64,000 bases of DNA from an uncultured Chloroflexia bacterium (GTDB lineage Bacteria; Chloroflexota; Limnocylindria; Limnocylindrales; CSP1-4). Within the stretch, counting starts at the first letter, position 1. The number at the start of each line of letters is the position of its first letter. Location of the stretch: positions 1,579,095 to 1,643,094 of the forward strand of contig CAVTAW010000001.1 of NCBI GenBank assembly GCA_963732805.1, read 5' to 3'. This document shows positions 56,455-64,000 of the stretch, piece after piece. The position numbers were made by a program, and so were the translations under genes. The notes beneath the pieces are model-generated. The model saw only the letters and a list, made by a program, of their open reading frames with translations. It searched no databases and was not told the origin of the DNA.

Positions 56455-56466
56455 CCGGGCGCTGAC

Positions 56467-57063
56467 GTGGGCGCTCCAGGCGAGCAGGTCCTGGTGGTGC
56501 CCCGCGCCGCCGTCATCACCGGAGAGGGGTGGCTCGGCGTGCGCACGGACGGCATCGCCGAGCTCGTGGCGACCTTGAGCTCGCACGGCCGGTTCATGCC
56601 GCGCGACGAGGCCGAGGTGGATCCATCGTGGAAGCAGGTGATCCCGTATCTCGTCCTGCGGGACGGCGATCGCTGGTTCCTGATGCGCCGGACGCGGGCC
56701 GGTGGCGACGCGCGCCTCCACGACCGCTGGTCGATCGGCGTCGGCGGCCACCTCAATCCCGGTGACGGCGACCTGCTGGGCGGCCTGCGGCGCGAGTGGG
56801 CGGAAGAGCTGGTCGCGAGCTTCCAGCCGAGCTTCACGCCCGTCGGCCTGCTGAACGACGACACGACCCCGGTCGGGTCGGTGCACCTGGGCGTGGTCTA
56901 CGTGACGGACGCAGCCGGTCGGCCCGTGGCGATCCGCGAGACCGACAAGCTGGTGGGCGGGTTCGCGAGCACCGCCGAGGTGGGTGCCGTCCGGGAGGCG
57001 ATGGAGACCTGGAGCCGGCTCGTGTTCGACGCCCTGGTCGACCCGCCGACCGGGACCGACTGA
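56467..57063 (+). CDS. NUDIX-family hydrolase
   Basis: The Nudix box resemblance is GGHLNPGDGDLLGGLRREWAEEL. The beta-grasp context KQVIPYLVL is present. Confidence 0.7.
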   Translation: MGAPGEQVLVVPRAAVITGEGWLGVRTDGIAELVATLSSHGRFMPRDEAEVDPSWKQVIPYLVLRDGDRWFLMRRTRAGGDARLHDRWSIGVGGHLNPGDGDLLGGLRREWAEELVASFQPSFTPVGLLNDDTTPVGSVHLGVVYVTDAAGRPVAIRETDKLVGGFASTAEVGAVREAMETWSRLVFDALVDPPTGTD

Positions 57064-57129
57064 CCGTCCGGTCGGGCGCTGCGGCACGGGTCCTCCGTCC
57101 GCAGCAATGCCATACTCGCCGCAGGTCCC

Positions 57130-58518
57130 ATGGCTGATCAGCCGCACGCCGTCCGCCGCCGCGTCGCCCGCTCGCTCGTCGCGCTGGGCGTGCTCTTCGT
57201 GGGCCTCACCGGACTGGCCCGGGCCGCGAGCGGCGACGTGGTCGTGCTCACGGCCACGGGCGTCGTGGACAACGTCATGGCGGGCTACCTCGACGACGGG
57301 ATCACCGCCGCGGCGGCCAACGGCGCCCCGGCGGTCATCGTCCGGCTCAACACGCCGGGCGGCAGCCTGGATGCGACCCAGCGGATCACCAGCGCGTTCC
57401 TGGAGGCCCCGATCCCGGTCATCGTGTGGATCTCGCCGTCCGGTGCCCGGGCGGCCAGCGCCGGCACGTTCATCACCCTCTCGGCCAACCTCGCCTACAT
57501 GGAGCCGGGCACGAACATCGGGGCCGCGTCCCCGGTCGACAGCAGCGGCCAGGACATCACGGGCACGCTCGGTGAGAAGGTCCGCAATGACGCGATCGCC
57601 AACATCACGGCGATCGCCGAGGCCCGCAACCGCCCGGTGGACTGGGCGGTGTCGACGGTCGCCGAGGCGAAGTCCTATCCGGCCAGCGCCGCCGTGGCGG
57701 CCGGGGCAGTGGACGGCCTGGCCGACAGCCTCGACGCGGTCATGACCGCCGCCGACGGCGAGGAGGTGTCGGCCGGCGGCAGCACCTACACCCTCGATCT
57801 GGCCGGCGTGGGGACCGAGGAGGTCCCGATGAACCCGTTCCAGGGCTTCCTGCACCTGCTGTCGGACCCCAACATCGCGTTCGTGCTGTTCACGATCGGC
57901 GTCTACGGGCTGATCTTCGAGGTCATGAACCCCAACTTCGTGACCGGGATCCTGGGCGCGCTGTGCCTGATCCTCGCGTTCATCGGGTTCGGCAGCCTGC
58001 CGCTCAACCTGGCCGGGCTGCTGCTGCTCGTCCTGGGCGTCGTGCTGTTCATCCTCGAGACGCAGATCGTCAGCCACGGCCTGCTCGCCGTCGGCGGCGT
58101 GATCTGCTTCGCGCTGGGGGCATCGGCCCTGTACACCCAGCCCGGCCTGGACCCGACGGTTCCCCTGGTCCAGGTCGCGACCCCGGTGATCCTCGTGTCC
58201 ACGCTCAGCACCGCGGGGCTGATGACGTTCATCACCCTGGCGGCCATCCGGACCCGCCACATGCCGGCCTCGGCCGGCACGGTCGGGGTGCCCGTGCCGC
58301 TGGGCACGACCGGTGTCGTCCAGGCGCCCCTGGATCCGACCGGAACGGCGTACCTCGCCGGGGAGCCGTGGAGCGCACGGACCCCCGACGAACGGGCCGT
58401 TCCCCGCGATACCCCCGTCCGTCTCGTCGGGTTCGACGGCCTCACCGCCATCGTCGAGCCGCTCGAGGCCCTGCCGCCCACAGCCCCGCCCGGGGCCACG
58501 GTCGGCGACCGCGCATAG
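57130..58518 (+). CDS. NfeD-family membrane-bound ClpP-class serine protease
   Basis: 462 aa with a signal/TM, a ClpP-like domain (RLNTPGGSLDAT, SAGTFITLSA), central TM bundles and a C-terminal OB domain. Confidence 0.85.
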   Translation: MADQPHAVRRRVARSLVALGVLFVGLTGLARAASGDVVVLTATGVVDNVMAGYLDDGITAAAANGAPAVIVRLNTPGGSLDATQRITSAFLEAPIPVIVWISPSGARAASAGTFITLSANLAYMEPGTNIGAASPVDSSGQDITGTLGEKVRNDAIANITAIAEARNRPVDWAVSTVAEAKSYPASAAVAAGAVDGLADSLDAVMTAADGEEVSAGGSTYTLDLAGVGTEEVPMNPFQGFLHLLSDPNIAFVLFTIGVYGLIFEVMNPNFVTGILGALCLILAFIGFGSLPLNLAGLLLLVLGVVLFILETQIVSHGLLAVGGVICFALGASALYTQPGLDPTVPLVQVATPVILVSTLSTAGLMTFITLAAIRTRHMPASAGTVGVPVPLGTTGVVQAPLDPTGTAYLAGEPWSARTPDERAVPRDTPVRLVGFDGLTAIVEPLEALPPTAPPGATVGDRA

Positions 58519-58531
58519 CCTGGAGGCACTC

Positions 58532-59458
58532 ATGGAGCTTGCTGTCGCGCTCGCGATCGTCGCGTTCATCATCGTGCTGTTGCTGATCGTGCTGTACCTG
58601 TCGGTGCGGATCGTCCAGCAGTACGAGCAGATGGTCGTGTTCCGGCTGGGCAAGACCAACGAGACGATGGTCCGCGGTCCGGGCCTCCGGTTCCTGATCC
58701 CGATCATCGACCGGCCGGTGAAGGTGGACATGCGGGAGCAGTTCATCGAGGTTCCCAGCCAGACTACGATCACCAAGGACAACGCCCCGATCAACGTCGA
58801 CTTCCTGATCTACTGGCGGATCGCGGGCGCCCTCAAGAGCGTGGTCAACGTCGCCTACTTCGCCGGGGCGCTGCAGGGCGTCGCCACCACCACGCTTCGG
58901 GCCGTCATCGGCGACATCCTGCTCGACGACGTGCTGTCCAAGCGGGAGCAGATCAACGAGGTCCTGCGGACCAAGCTCGACGAGGTCACCGAGCGCTGGG
59001 GCGGCAAGATCACCACGGTCGAGATCCGCGAGATCACGCCGCCGCGTGATGTCCAGGACGCGATGAACCGCCAGCTATCGGCGGAGCGGACCCGGCGCGC
59101 CGTGATCACCGAGTCCGAAGGTGCCCGGCAGTCGGCGATCAACGTGGCCGAGGGCCAGAAGCAGTCGGCGATCCTCCAGGCCGAGGGCGATCGTCAGGCG
59201 GCGATCCTGCGGGCCGAGGGCTTCAGCCAGGCGCTGGAGCGGATCTACGCCGCGGCTCGCGGCATCGATGAGAAGACGATGGCGCTGCAGTACCTGGAGG
59301 CCCTCAAGGCGCTGGGCGCCAGCCCATCGACCAAGTGGGTCATCCCGACCGAGTTCACGCTGCTGGCGAACAAGATCGGCGGCTACGTCGAGGGCGGGAT
59401 CAACTCGCCGGCCGGCGACGGCGCCCAGGGCGGCACGGCGGGCGACGCGACCCGGTGA
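58532..59458 (+). CDS. SPFH/Band 7 (stomatin-like) protein
   Basis: It has an N-terminal TM, RIVQQYEQMVVFRLGK, VDFLIYWRI, and RAVIGDILLDDVLSKREQIN. ATG follows GGAGG. Confidence 0.9.
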   Translation: MELAVALAIVAFIIVLLLIVLYLSVRIVQQYEQMVVFRLGKTNETMVRGPGLRFLIPIIDRPVKVDMREQFIEVPSQTTITKDNAPINVDFLIYWRIAGALKSVVNVAYFAGALQGVATTTLRAVIGDILLDDVLSKREQINEVLRTKLDEVTERWGGKITTVEIREITPPRDVQDAMNRQLSAERTRRAVITESEGARQSAINVAEGQKQSAILQAEGDRQAAILRAEGFSQALERIYAAARGIDEKTMALQYLEALKALGASPSTKWVIPTEFTLLANKIGGYVEGGINSPAGDGAQGGTAGDATR

Positions 59459-60513
59459 TCCGCCGGCCCCTGCTGCTCGCGGCGGCGCCGGTCATCGCGA
59501 TCGCCGCCGTCGGGCCCGTGCTGGACCCGCTGGCGAGACGGCTCACGCGGGCGCCTCGCCGGCTGCCCGAGGAGGCGGGCATGGCCGGCGCGCTCGACGC
59601 GCTGGGCGGGGAGGTCGTGCGGCTGCGGTCCCGCGACGGTGTCCGGCTGACCGGCCGCTGGCTCGATGCCGACCCTGGGCAGGCGCCGCCCGACGCGCCG
59701 TCCGGGGTGCCGTCCGGGCCGCCGCCCGACGTGCCGACGGCGTCGTCCTCCGATCCGGCGTGGGTCGCGGATCCGCGCGAGGCGATCCTGCTGCTCCACG
59801 GCTACAGCGGTTCCGCGACCCCGGACATGGTCGAGCTGGGCCCATTCCTCCGCCGGACCGCGGGCGTGCTCGGGCTCGACTTCCGGGGTCACGGCGGCTC
59901 GGACGACGGGCCGACGACGTTCGGGCTGCTCGAGGTGGAGGACGTGGCCGGGGCGCTGGACTGGCTGGGCGAGCGGGGTATCGCGCGGGTGGCGCTGGTC
60001 GGGTCGTCGATGGGCGGCATCACCGCGATCGCCGCGGTCGCGCTGCTGGGCGACGGCCGGCTCGCGGCCGCCGACGTCGATCCCGATGCGCCGACTGCCG
60101 CGGTCGGGGCGCCACGGCCCCGGATCGTCGCGGTCGTCGCCGACTCGGTCACGCCCGAGCTGGCGATCGTGGTGGGCAGGCGGATCGGCCTGCCGTTCGG
60201 GCGCCTGGTCGCGGGGCGCATGTTCGGGCGGCTGGAGCGGATCGTGGGCGGCGATCCGAGGTCGATCCAGCCGCTCGCGACCATCGGCCTGCTCGAGGAC
60301 GTCCCGCTGCTCCTCGTCCACGGTGAGGCGGACCGGACCTTGCCCATCCGGGACGGGCGGCGGCTCGCCGCGGCCGCTCCGCCCGGGGCCCGACACCTGG
60401 TCATCGCCGGGGCCGATCATGGGGCGGGTCATGCGACCGATCCGGATGCCTGGGAGGCTGCCGTCAACCTGCTCCTGCGGGAGGCGTTCGCCGTAGCCCG
60501 AATGTCCGGCTGA
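59455..60513 (+). CDS. Alpha/beta-fold hydrolase
   Basis: HGYSG, the nucleophile elbow GSSMGG, and HGEADRTLP...DHG are present. GTG overlaps the SPFH stop (GTGA). Confidence 0.75.
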   Translation: MIRRPLLLAAAPVIAIAAVGPVLDPLARRLTRAPRRLPEEAGMAGALDALGGEVVRLRSRDGVRLTGRWLDADPGQAPPDAPSGVPSGPPPDVPTASSSDPAWVADPREAILLLHGYSGSATPDMVELGPFLRRTAGVLGLDFRGHGGSDDGPTTFGLLEVEDVAGALDWLGERGIARVALVGSSMGGITAIAAVALLGDGRLAAADVDPDAPTAAVGAPRPRIVAVVADSVTPELAIVVGRRIGLPFGRLVAGRMFGRLERIVGGDPRSIQPLATIGLLEDVPLLLVHGEADRTLPIRDGRRLAAAAPPGARHLVIAGADHGAGHATDPDAWEAAVNLLLREAFAVARMSG

Positions 60514-60582
60514 CGGATCGCAGTCCCCGCCTATACTGCGAGCTGGCACCGTCGGGGACCGGGCGCAGCGCTCGCCGGACCG

Positions 60583-61776
60583 GTGCATCGCCGGGAGGTC
60601 GGATTGGCCGGGAAGGTTCTCGTCGTCGACGACGATGCGAGCGTCCAGCGACTCCTCCAGTACACCCTCAAGCAGGAGGGGTACGAGGTCATCGTCGCCA
60701 CGGACGGCACGGAGGGGCTGCGGCTGTGGCAGCAGGAGCTGCCATCCCTGATCCTGCTCGACGTCACGCTCCAGGGCGTCGACGGCTTCGCGGTTGCCAC
60801 CCGGATCCGGGCCGAAGAGGGGCCGGACGACCACGTTCCGATCATCATGCTCACGTCGGATCGCGACGTGCACCAGAAGGTGCGGGCCCTGCGTGCCGGC
60901 GCCGACGACTACCTGATCAAGCCGTTCCACCCTGCCGAGCTGATGGCCCGGATGAAGGGCCTGATCGCGAGGTTCTCGCCCAGCGAGTCGCTCGTCGGAC
61001 GCCCACCGATGGGCCGGATCCATGCCTTCTACGGTGCCAAGGGCGGCGTCGGCACGACGACGATCGCGATCAATGCCGCGATCGCGCTGCACAGCCTCGG
61101 CCGCCGTGTCTGCCTCGTGGACGGCAACCTCCAGTTCGGTGACCATCGCGTGTTCCTGGACCTGGGCCTCGATCGCAAGAGCATCGTGGACGTCGTGAGC
61201 GCCCCGGCGATGGACGGCGACCTCGTGAAGCGCATCGTGCAGACGCATGACTCGGGGATCGACCTGCTGCTCGCGCCGCCGAGTCCGGAGTCCGCGGATC
61301 TCGTCAGCGCCGCCCACATGAACCAGATCCTCGAGCTGCTGCGCGAGATGTACGACTACGTGATCGTCGACATCGACAAGCGGCTGGACGACGTGAACCT
61401 GATGGTCCTCGACGTGGCCGAGACGATCTTCGTGGTGATGACCGCAGACCTGTCGTGTCTCAAGAACGTGCGGCTGGTGCTCGAGACCATCGGCCACCTG
61501 GGCTACCAGGCGAGCAAGGTGAAGCTCGTGCTGAACCGGTCGAACGCGTTCACCGGGATCAACGTGAAGAGCGCCGAGGGTGCGCTGCGGCGGCCGATCG
61601 AGCACCAGGTGGTGAACGAATACCGGGGGGCGATCTCGGCCCTCAACACCGGCGCCCCGTTCATGATCGGCAAGGCGGACTCCGTGCTCGGGAGATCGGT
61701 GCTCGACTTCGCCCGCGCCGTCGACCGGACGGGCGGCGAGACCATGGCCCAGCTGGCACCCGCGACCGGCCGATAG
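60583..61776 (+). CDS. Response-regulator receiver fused to ParA/MinD-type (CpaE/TadZ-like) ATPase; intact paralog of 18997..20137
   Basis: The REC domain reads VLVVDDD...LILLDVTLQGVDG...DDYLIKPF. The deviant Walker A is GAKGGVGTTT. The more likely start is TTG 60604, 5 nt after GGAGG. Confidence 0.85.
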   Translation: MHRREVGLAGKVLVVDDDASVQRLLQYTLKQEGYEVIVATDGTEGLRLWQQELPSLILLDVTLQGVDGFAVATRIRAEEGPDDHVPIIMLTSDRDVHQKVRALRAGADDYLIKPFHPAELMARMKGLIARFSPSESLVGRPPMGRIHAFYGAKGGVGTTTIAINAAIALHSLGRRVCLVDGNLQFGDHRVFLDLGLDRKSIVDVVSAPAMDGDLVKRIVQTHDSGIDLLLAPPSPESADLVSAAHMNQILELLREMYDYVIVDIDKRLDDVNLMVLDVAETIFVVMTADLSCLKNVRLVLETIGHLGYQASKVKLVLNRSNAFTGINVKSAEGALRRPIEHQVVNEYRGAISALNTGAPFMIGKADSVLGRSVLDFARAVDRTGGETMAQLAPATGR

Positions 61777-61849
61777 AAGCCGCGAAGGTCACGCCGCTTC
61801 GCGCCGCATGAGGCGCCCGGTAAGCGGCAGGTGAGCGGCGCGGGCTACC

Positions 61850-63430
61850 GTGCCGCCCGTGCTCGCTACCCTGCTCTCGGCCACGCTCAACGGGATCACC
61901 GGGCGCGTCGTTCGCGTCGAGGTGGACGTGGCGCCCGGGTTGCCCGGGTTCACGATCGTCGGCCTGCCGGACGCCGCGCTGTCCGAGGCGCGGGAACGGG
62001 TCCGCGGCGCCCTGCGCAACGCCGGGTTCCACCATCCGCCGCGGCGGATCACGGTCAACCTCGCGCCGGCGGAGGTGCGCAAGGCCGGGGCATCGCTGGA
62101 TCTCGCCATCGCGCTCGGGATCCTGCTCGGCTCCGACCAGCTTCGCGCGGCCCAGGGCCGGATCGCCGTCATCGGTGAGCTGGGCCTGGGCGGGGAGGTC
62201 CGCCGCGTGCCGGGGATCCTGCCCATGGTCGCCGCGCTCGGTCGAAGCGGCGTGCGCCGGGTGCTGGTTCCCGCGGAGGCCGCGCTCGAGGCGGGGCTGG
62301 CCCCGGGGATCGAGCCGGTTCCCGTCGAGAGCGTGGGGGAGGCGGCCGAGACGCTGCGGGCTCCCCGGACGCGGCGCCACCGGACGATTCCGCTGCCCCG
62401 CGCCGGACCGGCCGTGCCCGAGTCGCGGCCACTGGAGCCGGTGCCGGCGGCCCCCGGCGGCGAGCCGGTCGTGGATCTCGTGGAGGTCCGGGGCCAGGCG
62501 GCGGCGCGTCGGGCGCTCGAGATCGCGCTGGCGGGCTCGCATGCGCTGCTGCTGATCGGGCCGCCCGGCTCGGGCAAGACGCTCCTGGCGAGGACGATCC
62601 CCGGGCTGCTGCCGGATCTCGACGACGCCGCGGCGCTGGCCGCGAGCGCGGTGGCCTCGATCGCGGCGGACAGGCCGCTTCGGGCCCTGGTCCGCCGTCC
62701 GCCGGTCCGATCTCCCCACCACACGACCTCATATGCGGGCATGGTCGGCGGAGGCCCCCGGATGTCGCCGGGCGAGGTCACCCTGGCGGACCAGGGTGTC
62801 CTGTTCTGCGACGAGCTGCCGGAGTTCGGCCGCGACGTCCTCGAGGCGCTGCGCCAGCCGCTCGAGGACGGCTGCGTCACCGTGGTGCGCGTCGGACGGG
62901 CAGCCACCTTTCCGGCCCGGTTCACGTTCGTGGCCGCCATGAACCGCTGCCCCTGCGGGCAGCACGGCAGCGCCGACCGCGTGTGCACCTGCCCGCCGGG
63001 CGTGCCCGAGCGCTACCTGCGACGGGTCTCCGGACCGCTCCGGGACCGGATCGACCTGTGGGTGGCGGTGGACCGGGTGCCGCCGGCCGCGCTGATCGGG
63101 GACACGCTCCCCGAGGCGTCGTCGGCGGTCGCGGCGCGGATCGCGGCGGCGCGTCGCCGGCAACGGGTCCGCAACGCCGATGCCCCCAACGGCCGGATCC
63201 GGGGCCGTGCCCTGCACGCGGCATGCCGGCTCGACCGGGTCGCCGCGTCCCGGGTGGTCCAGCTCGCGGAGCGCGAGGGCCTGTCCGGTCGCGGCACGGA
63301 CCGGCTGCTGCGCGTCGCCCGCACGATCGCGGACCTCGCGGGCGAGGACGCCGTTGCGCCCGGCCACCTCGACGAGGCGGCACGGTTCCGTGCACCCGTG
63401 GACCGGATGGCCCTCGGGATGGCCGGCTGA
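61850..63430 (+). CDS. comM: YifB/ComM-family Mg-chelatase-like AAA+ ATPase
   Basis: It has a Lon-protease-like N-domain (GLPGFTIVGLPDAALSEARERV), Walker A GPPGSGKT and Walker B VLFCDELPEF. The zinc-ribbon insert is CPCG...CTC. Confidence 0.9.
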   Translation: MPPVLATLLSATLNGITGRVVRVEVDVAPGLPGFTIVGLPDAALSEARERVRGALRNAGFHHPPRRITVNLAPAEVRKAGASLDLAIALGILLGSDQLRAAQGRIAVIGELGLGGEVRRVPGILPMVAALGRSGVRRVLVPAEAALEAGLAPGIEPVPVESVGEAAETLRAPRTRRHRTIPLPRAGPAVPESRPLEPVPAAPGGEPVVDLVEVRGQAAARRALEIALAGSHALLLIGPPGSGKTLLARTIPGLLPDLDDAAALAASAVASIAADRPLRALVRRPPVRSPHHTTSYAGMVGGGPRMSPGEVTLADQGVLFCDELPEFGRDVLEALRQPLEDGCVTVVRVGRAATFPARFTFVAAMNRCPCGQHGSADRVCTCPPGVPERYLRRVSGPLRDRIDLWVAVDRVPPAALIGDTLPEASSAVAARIAAARRRQRVRNADAPNGRIRGRALHAACRLDRVAASRVVQLAEREGLSGRGTDRLLRVARTIADLAGEDAVAPGHLDEAARFRAPVDRMALGMAG

Positions 63431-64000
63431 TGCTGGGCGTGGGACGCGCCGGACCCCTCCGACCGGCCGAACGCGGGGTCACCGGCGCTCGCGGCGCGGC
63501 CTGCATGCCGGTCGTGCCCACGGACGAGCGCGACGCGTGGGTCGTGCTCGACGGCGTCCAGGGCGTCGGCCCGGTGTCCTTTGCCCGCCTGCTGGCCGCG
63601 TTCGGCGACGCGCGCGACATCCTGCGCGTGGCGTCGGAACCGGGCGGCCCGCCGCGGCTGGTGGCAGCGTCCGCGGGTGGGGCCGACGGGTCGCCGACGT
63701 TGAGCCTCGCCGTGGCACGGGCGATCGCGGACGCCGCCGCAGACGCCGAGCGCTCGCTGGGGCCGGTTCGCCGGGCCGGTCTGACCGTGCTGACCCTCGC
63801 GGAGACCGGCTACCCGGCACGCCTGCGCCGGATCGAGCTGCCGCCGCCGGTCCTGTTCGTCCGCGGCGATCCCGCCGCGCTCGATCGGCCTCGGGCCGTC
63901 GCCATCGTCGGCACCCGGAGGCCGACGGCGGTGGGCCGGGCCACGGCCGGGCGCATCGCGGACGCCGTGGCCGGCCTGGGCGCGACCGTCGTCTCGGGCC
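63430..64000 (+). CDS. dprA: DNA-processing protein DprA (5' part; runs off the window)
   Basis: This is my own translation from the ATG that overlaps the comM stop (TGATG): ...LDGVQGVGPVSFARLLAAFGDARDIL...GYPARLRRIELPPPVLFVRGD...VAIVGTRRPT. It is not in the ORF track because there is no stop in the window. Confidence 0.8.
   Translation, partial: MLGVGRAGPLRPAERGVTGARGAACMPVVPTDERDAWVVLDGVQGVGPVSFARLLAAFGDARDILRVASEPGGPPRLVAASAGGADGSPTLSLAVARAIADAAADAERSLGPVRRAGLTVLTLAETGYPARLRRIELPPPVLFVRGDPAALDRPRAVAIVGTRRPTAVGRATAGRIADAVAGLGATVVSG

Overview
This is 64 kb of very GC-rich bacterial chromosome (GC judged by eye, not computed). It is almost fully coding: about 60 protein genes and one tRNA-Met(CAT). 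I recognise no rRNA, CRISPR array, integrase, transposase or phage genes. Most genes are core or housekeeping: class V aminotransferase, MurJ, RarA, MurI, YchF, FtsH, Ppa, ThpR, TrpB2, TyrA, ComM and DprA. The rest include a VapBC pair, an orphan DNA methyltransferase, a MrfA/MrfB-like helicase-exonuclease pair, two NfeD-SPFH membrane operons and two REC-ParA/CpaE-like ATPases. There is also a 12 kb LacI-controlled catabolic/transport island at 25.1-37.2 kb. An F420-type LLM oxidoreductase and many leaderless TAGGAT-type promoters are compatible with Actinomycetota or Chloroflexota, but I cannot place the taxon without a database search. Nearly every real gene casts a long Arg/Pro/Gly/Ala-rich shadow ORF in another frame or on the other strand; I discarded these. 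Start/stop overlaps (GTGA, ATGA, TGATG) mark many translationally coupled pairs. Five observations stand out. (1) A 12-bp LacI-type palindrome (GCAAGCGCTTGC) occurs four times. Two copies abut TTGACA-N17-TAnGGT promoters and tie the island into one regulon. (2) At least 20 apparent 1-nt frameshifts sit mostly in G/C homopolymers, and 11 or more fall in a single UvrD-type helicase-nuclease gene. (3) A 633-aa agmatinase-methyltransferase fusion ORF looks like two coupled genes joined by one indel. (4) A DnaB-C-terminal-domain-only ATPase is flanked by unusual repeat arrays: an exact 51-nt duplication upstream, and 23-nt, 15-nt and hairpin-headed 40-nt tandem repeats downstream. (5) Many genes appear to be leaderless. 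I did not find a clearly novel multi-gene system. The best candidates for follow-up are the LacI island and the repeat-flanked DnaB-like gene.
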